Part shown: piece after piece, positions 10,338 to 23,155 of the stretch
Position numbering within the stretch: the first letter of the stretch is position 1
How the letters are laid out: every line of letters begins with the position of its first letter
From: Eledone cirrhosa
Taxonomy: Eukaryota
Reading direction: 5' to 3'
NCBI GenBank assembly: GCA_964016885.1
Contig: OZ024741.1
Span: 346,828,001 to 346,892,000, forward strand
DNA: 64,000 nt
Position numbers and translations under genes: made by a program
Notes under the pieces: model-generated
Told to the model about the DNA's origin: nothing
Database searches by the model: none
The model's input: the letters and a program-made list of their open reading frames with translations, nothing else

Positions 10338-13072
10338 AATAATTATAAAGATCGTAAATGATAAAGAAATGAATGAGAATGAACTTGGCAACTTGAAGGA
10401 TGAAATTATGATCGAATTGATAAAAATGAGAGAATCTGACATGGGGAACGAGACACCCTCCCTAAGATCCAGAATTCCAAACAGAACCAAAATATAATAC
10501 ACAAGACTAACACAATTCTCAAAAAACATTATCATCACAAACAAACTAAACATTACTGATTTAAATCATCTCTATTATACATCGGCTAAAGTCACCACTC
10601 ACTTATATGGAGTGAAAATGAAAAAACAAAGAAATTCCCACAAGAAATCTACTTGGCAAAAGAACATTAATCGCCAAATAAACCTTCTCCGATCTGACAT
10701 AGAAATTTTAACAAACTACAAAATAGGTGAACATGTTAAACAAACTAAACTTAGAAATTTAAAAAAAAAATACAGTATAAAATCAACAAGTGATGCTGAT
10801 ACGAAATTTTTGGATAAATGCCTTCACAGAGTCTCATGAGCTGTTAGCCCAACTTTACAATGAAATTGTTAAGGAGCCAGAAAAGATACCATCATGGCTA
10901 GTTAACGGCATTACATTCCGAAGAATGATGAGACAAATAATCCCAGAAATTACAGACCAATAAAGTGCTTGACCACAATGTATAACATTTTAACATCAGT
11001 CCTAACTGAATATACATATGATCACTTGATAACAAATGATATATTTCCCAATGAGCAGAAAGGGTGTAAACGAGGCTCATATGGCTGTAAGATTCAGCTT
11101 TTGGTTAACAAAATGATACTGGAAGATTGTCATAATAGACACAAAAATCTATCAATTGCTTGTATAGATTATAAAAAATCATTCGATAGTTTGCCACACA
11201 GTTGGATTGAAAAATGTTTAGAGATTTTCAAAATATCTTCCGTTGCCAGGAGGTTCTTGTCATTCAGTATGAAGACATGGAAAACAACACTCATCTTCAA
11301 TAGTGAAAAAAAATCACTGGAAACTGGAGAAGTTAATATTAATTGTGGAATTTTTCAGGGTGACTCTTTATCACCGCTTTTATTCTGCATCGCACTTATA
11401 CCATTAAGTAAAATGCTCGATGAAACAAAACATGGATATAAAGTCTATGACAAAACCATTAATCACTTGTTCTACATGGATGACCTGAAACTATTTGCAA
11501 ACAATGATGAACAATTGCAAGGGCTACTATCCACTGTGGAGCAGTTCAGTGATGACATTAAAATGGAGTTTGGACTAGATAAATGCGCCAAAGCAACGTT
11601 CACCAGAGAAAAGCTGCTGAAAAGTTCAGACATTAATCTTGATCGGGGGAATGTGAAAAGAGAACTTGATCAAGAGGAAACTTACAAATATCTAGGTGTT
11701 TGTGAAGGAGACGGAATCAAGCACTCGACAAAGAGGGAAAGGATAAGGCAGGAATGTTACCGCAGAGTAAGAGCAATCTTCAGAACGGAATTGAATGCAA
11801 GGAATAGGATCGATGCCATAAACACGCTTGCCATACCAGTAGTAACCTACAGTTACAATTTCATCAACTGGTCAAGCACAGAGATCCGAAGGCTCGATAA
11901 AAAAATTAGAAAATTCTTAACCATGCACATAATGCATCACCCTAAGGCAGATACAGAGAGAATATATCTCCCTAGGAAAGAAGGAGGACGTGGGTTAATC
12001 AGTTAGAGATTGCGTTGAAAACTTCAACAATTGGATTATCTACATATCTAAGGGAATCACATGATTGGATGATCAAACTCGTTTTGAAACAGGAAAGCAT
12101 CAAAAGATCATACTCCATTACAAAAGATGCACAAAGATACAGTAATGGACTACAAATTTCAGAAGTCCCATTTACTGCTGGAATGGAAAACACAGAAAAA
12201 GCAAAGCCGGTAAAAGTAACTGCAAAGAAAGAACTGCTACAGAAACTGGCTAAGAAATGGCAAGAAAAGCCTCTGTATGGAAAATACCCAGAGCGAGCTA
12301 ACAATCCTGATGTTGACAAAACTTTAACTCATCAGTGTTTGGCATCCTCTGGACTGAAATCGGAGACTGAAGGACTGATTATATCAGCACAAGATCAGTG
12401 TCTGCCAACAAAAAATTACCAAGCCATCATAATAAAAAATGGATGTAACCCATTATGCCGTGTATGTAAAAAACAACCAAAGACCATTGATCATATAATT
12501 TCAATGTGCAGTCCTATAGCTCCAACCGAATACGTAAACATGCATCACAGAGCTGCACAATACATACATTGGATAATGTGTAAGCATTTTGACCTGCCCC
12601 ATCAAAAGAATTGGTGAGAGCATCAACCACCTCCCATACTTTAAAAAGAGGGTATGCCTGCTAATTTATATGTCCTTTCCAATAGACAAGAATGTATCTA
12701 TAAAAACATTTGGAAAATTGAGCAAGTATAAGGATCTGGAGATAGAAATTGGAAAAATGTGGAAATTGAGAACTAAAACAATACCAGTGGTTGTAGGCGC
12801 TCTAGGAATTATACCTAAGGGGTCTAATGATTACTTATCGCAAATCGCAGGAAACCCGCGTATAGGAGAAATACAAAAGATAGTACTAATGGGAACTGCC
12901 CATATACTAAGGAAGATTCTGTCAATATAAGTACCTCACAAGTCTAAACAGCTAAAGATGCATGTGTATGTATGTATGTTCTTTCTTGAACATGGCGGAC
13001 CTTGTTGTCTCTTGAGGTCATTGGTTGTGACTTGGTGATAACTCGTATGAACATAAAGCAAGATAAATGCAA
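10338..13072 (+). mobile_element. Decayed, 5'-truncated Dong/R4 LINE (family B)
   Basis: GIFQGDSLSPLLF, YMDD, YKYLG in 10969..12006; CRVC..HIISMC; RLE tail in 12589..12930; stops and deletions; (AAT)n tail. Confidence 0.92.
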
Positions 13073-13087
13073 CTATAATAATAATAA

Positions 13088-13273
13088 TTGTTTCAAGTTA
13101 GGCACAAGGCCAGCAAATACCCAGTGTATTACTGGTACTTTATTTTATCGACCCCGTAAGGATGAAAGGCAAAGTTAACCTGAGCGGGATTTGAACTCAG
13201 AATGGCAAGGGCCGTAACTCTATGCGCCAAAGCATGGCATCCGACACTCTACCAATACTGCCAATCCACCGCC
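13088..13273 (-). mobile_element. tRNA-headed SINE, full-length (ATT-tailed family)
   Basis: A box TGGCAGTATTGG, B box GAGTTCAAATCC, central CTTTCATCCTTACGGGGTCGATAAA (resembles the Nin domain, from recall), tail GGCCTTGTGCC..GAAAC(ATT)n; seven copies or fragments in the window. Confidence 0.88.
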
Positions 13274-13290
13274 TATAATAATAATAATAT

Positions 13291-14672
13291 TGGTACCTCA
13301 TTCTTGGATAACCAAAAGCCTAGATATCTTCAAGGTGGCAGATAACATCAGACAGTTGTTGAGCAAAAGTATGAAGTCCTAGGAAACAGAGTTAACATCG
13401 GGTGGAGAATCCTGGGGGGGGGGGCGTGAATATCACGAGAGGGATTTTCCAGGGAGATAGTTTGTCCCCTCTGTTATTTGTCCTTGTCCTGATACCCCTG
13501 ACCATTATACTGCGAAACGTGAGAGCAGGATACAAGTTGAGTAAAGGAGAGCTTACCATCAACCACCTCCGCTTCATGGACGATCTTAAACTCTTTGGAA
13601 AGAGTGAGAAGGAGTTGGATGTACTTGTTGACACTGTCCGTATTTTAAGCAATGATATCTGTATGCAATTTGGTATTAGTAGGTGTGGAGTCCTAGTGAT
13701 GAAGAGGGGTAAATTGAGCAGAAGCAACGGAATCCAGGTACCAACAGGTGAGATGATAAAGGAAATTGACACTGACGAATGATACAAATATTTAGGTGTT
13801 CTGGAGGTAGATGACATCAAGAACAAAAAAATGAAGGAATTGATAAGATCCCTTCATAGTACCTACTTTGAGAAAACTGAATTTAGAGATCCATAGACAT
13901 GGAACTAGTTAAAAAGAGGAGACATTAAAAAGGCTACAGAATGAAGGCTAATGGCGGCGCAAGAGCAGGCGCTCAGAACGAATTGGGTGAAACACCATAT
14001 TTACAAGGAGGTGGCTAGTCCACTGTGTAGGATTTGTGGAGAGAGAGAGGAGACTGTGGATCACATTGAATCCGAGTGTAAACACCTCGCCCAGACCCAC
14101 TACTAAGGCTGGAGACATGATGTGATGGGCAGGGTGGTCTACTGGCACCTATGCAAAGTAAACAATTTACCACATTCTGAGAAGTGGTATGAGCATAAGC
14201 CAGAGTTGGTGATAGAAAATGATTAGGTGAAGGGGCTATGGGATTTTAGGATACAGAGGGACAAGAAACTGGAACACAATAGGCCTGGCCTGGTGGTTTT
14301 GGACAAGGAAAAAAGATCGTACCTGATTGTAGATGTAGCCTGCCCATTTGACACGAGAGTGCAAGAAAAGGAGAGGGAGAAAATTAACCGATACCAGGAC
14401 TTAAAGTGGGGGGTAAAAAGGATTTGGAACTAACATGAAGTCAGAGTCGCCCCGATTGTCATAGGCGCACAAGGTACTATCTCAAAAATTTTCCGAGGAC
14501 GGTTTAAGAAAATTAGTCCAGCCCGGGTTTTGGGGATACTTCAAATGGCATGCTTGCTGGGAACAACAAGAAACCCCCGATACGTCCTGAATATCTGAGG
14601 CTGCAGGTAGCGGCTTGATATTCATTTCTACAAACTTTCCATTTAAATAACATCAATGACTGAGAATCAAAG
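13291..14672 (+). mobile_element. Decayed 5'-truncated copy of Dong family A with internal deletion
   Basis: Collinear with ~6058-7850, lacking the equivalent of ~6613-7025; several nonsense codons. Confidence 0.93.
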
Positions 14673-14689
14673 AATAATTTTTTATAATA

Positions 14690-14730
14690 ATTGTTTCTAC
14701 TTTTGGCACAAGGCTAGCAATTACCCAGCA
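14690..14730 (-). mobile_element. 3' fragment of the ATT-tailed SINE
   Basis: TTGTTTCTACTTTTGGCACAAGGCTAGCAATTACCCAG matches the SINE tail. Confidence 0.8.
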
Positions 14731-14868
14731 TATATAACAAATTTAATAGAGAAATAGCTTCTACAGGATTAGAACTGTATCATTCGAAGGAGATCATCCT
14801 AATGATTTCCTTCGAATGAAACAGTTTTGTTCCTGTAGAAGCCACATCTGAATTAAATTTGTTGTATA
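14731..14868. repeat. ~135 bp imperfect palindrome containing hammerhead-like relics
   Basis: GCTTCTACAGGA..TCATTCGAAGGAGATCAT / ATGATTTCCTTCGAATGA..TCCTGTAGAAGC; CTAATGA..GAAACAG..CTGTA on the plus strand. Confidence 0.8.
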
Positions 14869-14939
14869 CATTCTACTGATGTATTGCGTACTTTACTTAC
14901 TGTGGTTTTCCCCCATTGAACCCATGACTCTATCTTTGA

Positions 14940-15116
14940 CACGCACACACACACACACATACACACAATCACATATTGAACAACATCCATACGCATTGAA
15001 TCCCGCTATACACACACACGTAAGGAAAACATAGAAAAAAAAAACTATAGACATGCGCATAACCAGACGCCTGCCTACATGCCCATATACAGGCACAGAT
15101 ACAGACTCGCTCAGAA

Positions 15117-15187
<71 letters not shown>

Positions 15188-16905
15188 AATATACACATAC
15201 ATATATATATATATATACACACAAACACGCCCTTTCGCTGCATTGGGTGCTTGTACACAGACACGCACACATTGGCCATATACACTCTTACAAATATGCG
15301 TATAATCACATACAGGCCCACGCACACCTGCAAAGATATATACATATGTATATATATACACAAATAGGATATATACACAGTTATATAAAAATACACAATG
15401 GGTCATACAATGGGTCATACATGAAATGATGCATTTTGTTATAAGCATGCACATATATAAACAATATAACCATACGCACACATATATACACACACATATA
15501 TCCACATATATATTTACACCTATATATACACATACGTATATACACATATATAAAAAATATAAAATAAATATGAAATATATTAAAAGTATCGATATAACGT
15601 CACATAGAGATATATAAAAAACAAGAATGAGGAACGTGTATGCGTATGAGATAGTACGCAGAACATATAATATCTGTTACAAGATGGAATACGTGGAGAG
15701 TATGGACTCTATTGAAAAGATACACATGCATGGGGATGCGTGGACCGGCCATACTGGAGTATGTCACTGTGGTTGAGGTATAATGTATTATAAGTGTAAT
15801 GCACTTGACTGGAAGTCAGTGGAATCCGGGTCAACCTGCCCCGGCTCAGGCAATGTTCTTGCCTAGGGTGACGTGCAGAGTCGGGTATGCATCCGGGGTT
15901 ATTTCGGTTTACCCCACGGGGCATATATAGTCATCAGCGTATGGTGTCTGGTCCCTTGAACCCGTTTCGCCGCTCTGGTCGGCGCACGCTCCGCCCCATG
16001 CCTTTAGCCTGGGCTTCCCGGTGGATTCCATGCGGAGGGTGTGCACCATTGGTGTCTGCACGTTATGATTATTTCGGATTTCAGGTTGACCGCATCATCC
16101 TTCAGTCTGACTATCTCCATGGCCTCGTATAGGCATAGCCTAAACTTTCTGTTTCCAGCCGAGTATGCATTCGCGTGCCGAACGATACTCCAGTCAAGGG
16201 CATACGGGGTGCCTTTTCCTTCAAGTCCCACACCAGCTCCGCCAGCCTAGTAGAGTGCCTCTTACTCCGGTCCTTGAAAGAATTCCTGTTGTTATACATC
16301 GGCGATTTAAAGGGCGTGGATGTTGCGCCAATGTAGGTGCGCTTTATATTGTGTGTGCTAACCACACATTTATATACGAGGTCCTTCGTCAGGCATCTTC
16401 CCTGCCCGCTCTGCAGTTGCACGTTCTGTCGTTATGTTGTTCATTTCGGACGGCTGGCCCTTGATCTTCTAGGGCCCTCTCCCGATTCTCAGGGTGTTGT
16501 TCCGCCGACACGGTGGTATCTCCTCCGCCACTCGTTCCCGCCCGGTGTTGGATTGTATGGTCCCCCGCGGGTGTGGCAGCCGCCGCGAGGGCCCGGTTGA
16601 GGTCGGAAGACTGGTTAGCGAGGGGCCCTCTGTGCTCTGATGGAGAGTCATTCTGTCGCCGCGGTTGACGGTCGGGGTTCCCCATCTTCACTGCGTTGGT
16701 TTTGGCCATGTAGTCGGCCATGTTAGGTGCTGCGGAGAAGGAAAGCTTCACCGTGTGGCGGTTGAAAATCTTGTGGTATCTGTATATGGGCATGTAGGCA
16801 GGCGTCTGTGTATGAGTATCTCTATAGTTTGTTTTCTATATGTTCTACTTAAGTGTGTGTGTTTAGCGGGAGTCTATGCGTACGGATGTTGTTATCTATG
16901 TGATC

Positions 16906-16920
<15 letters not shown>
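14940..16920 (-). mobile_element. Penelope-like element remnant (Naiad type): thumb/linker + GIY-YIG endonuclease with inverted terminal segment
   Basis: YHKIFNRHTVKLSFS..CNCR..CL..LVYKC..YIGAT..FK..WSI..LCLYE..NLKSE..CRH across 16004-16793 with frameshifts; 14940-15100 is an inverted copy of 16775-16920. Confidence 0.85.
15889..15945 (-). ncRNA. Degenerate type I hammerhead motif downstream of the PLE ORF
   Basis: CATACG-CTGATGA-..GCCCC GT GGGGT..-GAAA-..CGGATG; cleavage triplet and stem II base decayed. Confidence 0.45.
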
Positions 16921-16966
<46 letters not shown>

Positions 16967-17281
16967 TGGACGTGTGCACTACCAAACCCAGTAGTAATAC
17001 ATTGAAGTGTGGCAGAAAGGGACAGCTGATGGTCAGTAGAATTGACACCTGTTGGTCAGATTTACGTTGACGTAGAAAAGCAGCAGCCAACAACAGGACG
17101 CGCGAAGAAAATGTGTTTGACGCTAACACCCCAGTGAGAGAATTTGCTACGAAATCATTAGACGTGTCTGTCTGACCTGCAGATCCAGAATCAGACAGAT
17201 CCACACAATGATTGTGCCTCGAGCTGTCCGCCGGCGAAACAATTGTAACACACAATAAATTGAGTTCAGATGCATCACTGA

Positions 17282-17552
17282 GTTTTCGTTTTATTATATA
17301 TAAACGGAAAAAATGAAACGATATTTCATTTCCCACTCTTAGTACGGCTGTTACTTAAATATAAGTATGTACACGTACATACATATATGTTGTATATGTG
17401 TGCATGTATGTATATATATATATATATATACATACTACTGTACGTCGGTATACATATATGTATGTACGTGTACATACTTATATTTAAGTAACAGACGTAC
17501 TAAGAGTGGGAAATGAAATATCGTTTCATTTTTTCCGTTTATCGTTTTCGTT
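17282..17552. mobile_element. Fold-back/MITE-like insertion with ~90 bp inverted arms and a 9-bp flanking duplication
   Basis: Arms ~17300-17389 and ~17453-17542; GTTTTCGTT at 17282-17290 and 17544-17552. Confidence 0.6.
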
Positions 17553-19221
17553 GCACCCGGCCGATTAACCCACTCGATATGCAAATTGGGCTACTCAGCC
17601 GTTAATATGCATAAGGTAAGTATATACGTTCAACAATCTAGCAGGAAGGTATACGTTGCTCAACGATAGCTAACAAGCTTGAAACTAGTACAGCGTTCCT
17701 TTGTCAGTGTTGAACAAACGAGCAACGGTGGTTGCTAGACACTACGGCTTAATACGGGATGTTTGTTTACAAACACACCGAGCATTGTAATAAATATTCG
17801 GTGAATCCATACGTGCATATATATATGTGTGCATGTATGTATATATATATATATACATACTACTGTACGTCGGTATACATATATGTATGTACGTCTACAT
17901 ACTTATATATATATATATATATAAAGTTTAAAACAGACTAGCTAAGGTATTAACGTTCTGTAGCAATGTTAAAATCATGCCTAATAAGGTCTTTTGAACA
18001 ATAGGCCCATATAATTCTTTCAGAATCTCAACATAATTCTATTGACTTCATACGAAAATCATTTTGCCCGTACCCTAAATAGGCTCATATTCTCTGATAT
18101 TTTTTTACGTTTAAATGAACATAAAATGTACTATTACCAAGGCTACCGTATATAGAGTTTCTTGGCGATATTTTAAACCTTGTATATGAACTAAAAGTTT
18201 TCGCCAAACACACCGTGATGTAGGTTAACTAATGTGTTGATATTTTAGCGGCTTGTTATTAAATTGTCAAGAAGATATTATAGCTCTTAACAGACAGTGC
18301 CTTTGTCGGACTAAACAACACAACAATAACATTAATAATTTTTGTATGAAGAAGAATATTTGGGTTGAATTATACTCAAATGTTGGACAAAATATCATCA
18401 ACGGAAAGCATGATATTAGTAGTCAAGAAATGGTATTCCAAAGCTGTATCAAATAATTTGTTATATTTCGAATCTTTCTATTCATGAATAAATAATACTT
18501 CACGTAGAAATTTTGAGGAATGTAATTCCCAATATTCCTAATATTTAAATCCTAATAGAGTTGTCGAGGCGTTCGAAATTCCATATCTAATTAATTGCCA
18601 AATTAAATGAGACGCATTTAATAATTACTATATACAAAACCAAAGTTCACATCTCAGAGGTAAACACTATATATGGGTATATGATGATTTGTGAATGAAA
18701 CTGTAATAAATTCCTGATATTTTAATCCGTAACTAGAATAGAAGCCACTGATTATGCACATGAGAAATGTAACACATGTAACTTAATTAACTACTAATCC
18801 TATGCTGACATTAGAGTAAATATCATTCAAACGTAAATCGCATCGATAAAGAAAAAATGATATCATGTGACCGACACATATTAATCTTCCTGATTTCAAT
18901 AATCTTTTAAAATATTCGTAATTATGTCATATGAAATTATGCTTTCCTTTAGGGTCTGGGATCAAAATACTTTCATGTCTATTTTATTATCGCTTCCCAC
19001 AAGTAGGAAATGAAACAAATCAGTGGAATGCATACTTAGTATGACGTTCGCTATACAATCACATGAAGCTGCATTGTATTTCAACGGGTGACATAATATG
19101 CAAGCGTGTTCTGCAATAATCTTTATTATACAAAATCTTGTCATTATTAGAATATCACAGAGGAAAACGTCCGAGAAGCCGCTGATGTATTCATATAGAT
19201 ATATAATCAAAATATAAAAAT

Positions 19222-19432
19222 ACCTACTTGTTAAGCCTTCCGGGTAAACTTCTTAAGCCTTCTGGCAAGAGGAGTAGAGAGATTGTCGAGTCGAAGATAA
19301 CTGATGAACAATGAGATTTCGTCCCGGACGCAGCACTGGTGACCAAATATTCACACTGTCTTTCATAAGATCGTAGGAAAATTGTCAAGAGGTGTATATA
19401 TTCTCCGCAGACCTAGAAAAGGTATATGACCC
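19222..19432 (+). pseudogene. RTE-like LINE reverse transcriptase fragment
   Basis: Frameshifted LLSLPGK..EIVESKITDEQ..FRPGRSTGDQIFTL..DLEKVYD. Confidence 0.75.
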
Positions 19433-20404
19433 TGCTGCACGGGATTTACGATAATAATTCAATGGATTTGTATGTGAGTGTATGTGTATGTTTGTGTGGG
19501 TGTATGTTTGTATGGGTGTGTGTGTTTGTGTGTGTGCGTGTGTGTGAGTGTGTGTGTACGTGTGTGTGTGCCGAGATCATATTCGTCGATGCCTTTCCTG
19601 CCTACTTCGAGAGTGAGGGCGGTAAAAAAGAAGTATAAATAATTTTGTTATTATTAATTTTAGCGATAATTTTTAAGGCGTCAGTATATTTTCATTTTTC
19701 AAATTGAAGTTATAATAGAGATTGTTATATATTTATATATTTCCTCTTATTAAATCACTTAGCAAACGCATTCCGCATATTCAAGAGCCAAAATTACATG
19801 TATACGTGATGATTGTCTTTAACCGACATGTCTCCTCAGTGTTGGCACACCTAGCTCAAATTAACACAATTTTACCATGTGCAAAATATTATCAATATAG
19901 CTGCAGGCTAGAATTCGGTAATCGTCTTCAATGCACAAAAAGAAAGAAGCAACAAATAATAATAATAATAATAATAATTACAATTCAATACATGTATTCA
20001 CACTTTGCATATATTAAACCATTTCACTAATATATATTTCGGTTCTTAGGTTAAACTATATCCAGTGGCAAGAATTATTATTTCCTTTTAACAACCGCAA
20101 TATACATTTTGAATTATCCAATTGCCAAACTGCTTAATATGCGTATTGTATTTTATAATTCATATGACATCTGGAATATGTTAATATTTATCTGTCTTTC
20201 CGTCAGTCAGTCTATATTTACTATTTTCTTACTCCTTGCACTCCCTACTACTTTTGTTCTCTCTCTGCATATATATATTGTATTAATTTTATTTTCATAT
20301 ATATATATATATATGTATTTCGTTTCTGAATTTGTTTAGCAAATGGGGATTATGTTCTTTGTTTGTGTGCCTCTCCTTTGTTCTGTCCTACGCCATCTTG
20401 TTTT

Positions 20405-20635
20405 TGTGTGACACACAAAAACAAAGAAAAAATCCCCAGTCACTGAAGAGTTCACAGAATGTGTGACCTAAGAACTTTAACAATATATAAACAATCGTCT
20501 GTTTGGGGAACCAACCAACCAACCGGAAATTTATAAATTCTTAAATTTATAAATTTAATTTATAATAAATTGAAGTGAAAGTAACTGGTGCGTGTATTTC
20601 TTATTGGCAACATGTCCCTCCCAAAGCATAACAAT
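20405..20635 (+). repeat. Dispersed repeat related to 42800-42995, with decayed hammerhead core
   Basis: Shared GTGACAC..AGTCACTGA(A/T)GA..GTGAC and TAATAAATTGAAGTGAAA..CATG..CTCC blocks, ending in (TA)n. Confidence 0.55.
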
Positions 20636-20670
20636 ATATATATATATATGTATATATACATACATATATA

Positions 20671-21027
20671 TAGGAAAACTCTGATATAACACCTGCAAAC
20701 CTGGTGGTATCCAAGGATGTTGATTGTTCTTTTTGGTAAATATCATCTTGGTTAAGAGAGTGGGACTGGCTTTGTGCAGTGCCTTTGCTCACAATAAAAG
20801 CTTCACGGCACAGGCATTGCTTTATATCTGGAAATACTCACTTGTCGTCACATGGTACCATGGGCACTATGTGTCAATAACTGTCACAAGGGGGTAGTTG
20901 TGTTTGCATCAGAGTTTTCAAGTCGCTGGCTGGACTAAAAAGTCACACTCGTTCAGCGCATCGGTAGGGGTTCTCCTACATGGATATAAAGTAGTGGCCG
21001 TACTCGAATACGAGTTGGCAGCCACCA
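20671..21027 (-). repeat. Unclassified ~360 bp dispersed repeat (second copy at 50042-50405, opposite strand)
   Basis: High nucleotide identity between copies; (TA)n flanks. Confidence 0.85.
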
Positions 21028-21322
21028 TATATATATACAGATATATGTATGCTGAGGGAGAGGGACAGAGAGAGGGAGAGAGAGAAAGACATATATATAT
21101 ATATACAAACATGTGTGTTTGTGTGAATATTACATGCATGCGTACGTGCATCTGCCTCATTTTATGTCCATACTCCTATTTTGTTCGCTAAAATATTGGG
21201 CCGAAAAAGGCAAATCGATAAATTAGTTACCAGTGTTGAAAGAGTGAATATCAAGGTATATGCCAACGTCTAAATCTCTTCAACGTGGGGCCCCAGCATA
21301 TACGTAGTCGAATGAGTAATTT

Positions 21323-21522
21323 NNNNNNNNNNNNNNNNNNNNNNNNNNNNNNNNNNNNNNNNNNNNNNNNNNNNNNNNNNNNNNNNNNNNNNNNNNNNNN
21401 NNNNNNNNNNNNNNNNNNNNNNNNNNNNNNNNNNNNNNNNNNNNNNNNNNNNNNNNNNNNNNNNNNNNNNNNNNNNNNNNNNNNNNNNNNNNNNNNNNNN
21501 NNNNNNNNNNNNNNNNNNNNNN
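21323..21522. other. Assembly gap (200 N)
   Basis: Run of N. Confidence 1.
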
Positions 21523-22489
21523 CCTTTTCATTTATCAAATAGCCACCCAATATGTGTCTTGGAGTACCTAATCTAAAATCTCGGGATATAAGTATATATA
21601 TTTATAGATGCATTCAATTATCTAGAAGTCACATATTCACGCAGTTACACACACAAACACATTTATGCATATTCCCAATAATCTTTTGTAGATAATCGGA
21701 TTTTCAATATATATTTCAAAACAGACTCAATGTAGACTCAAACGTTTAAATAGATATGCCATTGAAATTTTCGTTATGTTAATTTTAGATCTAATCTTAT
21801 GCATATACCTTGAAATGAATGAATTATACATAATAAAGTTTGTAAAATAAAATAATAATTCTGATTTTGCCTCAAGAGAGATTTTCAAATAGATATGCAA
21901 TCATAGCATATGTATGCATACATTTAAACTTCTTAACATGTAATTATTAGTATATTTACGTATATTTACGTATATTATACATAAACCTCGAGATATTTAT
22001 ATAAAGCGTTATATAAAAATAGATTAATGGATGATTTAAAACAGTATGTAGTTAATTCCTTATTAACTACCATAGGCTCTGCTCATGATATAATTGGGTT
22101 GGATTTAGTGTATATACCTAAAATCCTGCAAATAGAGAGATCTAAGTAAATATCTTACTGTATGTCTCAACATAGATAGTTATGATTGAATACATATGGG
22201 ATTAAAGCTCGTTTATAGGTTTAAATAACCATATGCTTCACTACTAGCATGCGTTTCTTACATATGGACGTATTTTTTTAGTAAAATCTGACCAGATTAT
22301 TTTTAATTATACTACTTTTACTTCAAAGATGCTCCGTTTTTAGTCTTTAGAAATGTTCTTGTTGTTTATTGTGTATAATTGAACCGCTTTAAAAGTAGGT
22401 GTGCCTGAAAGACGTCTGAAGAGTTCTGTCTATGTCGTCCTATAATATATTGGATTACTGAAACGATGATGGTGTTCTTCTTCAGTCCA

Positions 22490-23155
22490 TGGAACTGCCG
22501 TCAGCCGGACCTGTCCAAGATGCACGCACGGCAACGAAACTGTCCTACACGCACTCGTTCAGTTTCCGAGCACTGTTGACTTGTCGGTTTATATCGTACA
22601 CCATCTGTCGTGTTGAGGACGCATCCAGCTATCAGTTGAGTCCTTCATGAAGATTTCCCCGCCGCCTTCCTTTAGCTGGGAAACACAGGCAGTGTTTATA
22701 TGCCTGGTGGAGATGGCGAAAATAGTCGTGTGGTGGACACGTTTGAATGGGCTGGAGAGGAGCAATTACCTTTTCGAAGAAGCCATGATTAATTTTTTCA
22801 AATTCCATTTGAAAAAGAAAATCAAGGTGGAGAGGGAAGTGCTCCCCTCCACGCAATTTGTTGAAAGTTAGAGGATAGAGACGAGCATGGCTCGCGTGAA
22901 TGCTCCTGCACTGAGTATTCACATGTAAATTGGAGGAGAAAACCTGGGAGAGGACACTTGACCTGGTGGTCAGTGTTACCGTGGCCTTTTGTGGGCTTTC
23001 TCCACGTGTGACTCTAGGGAATTTTCTTTTGTTACATGCTTTGCTTTTGTTCTCATTTTACACGTAGAAACCCATATTTGTACCGTCTGCTGCCGTCTTC
23101 TGCTGCCCTTAAGGTATTTTATTAAAAACCCTTTGTAGCCAATAAATATATTTAT
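22490..23155 (+). mobile_element. 3' fragment of a Tx1-like LINE
   Basis: RTCPRCTHGNETVLHAL, KIVVWWTRLNG..FFKFHLKKKIKVERE; AATAAA then degenerate ATT. Confidence 0.85.

Noticed and set aside
16389-16391. TGA after CNCR as possible selenocysteine
   Set aside because: Results from a deletion frameshift; the homologous frame reads QGRCLTKD
16896-17336. 146-aa minus-strand ORF as a host gene
   Set aside because: Starts inside a fold-back insertion, ends in (CA)n, no recognisable domain
19301-19307. CTGATGA hammerhead core
   Set aside because: Lies within RT codons (TDE); no stem II or GAAA
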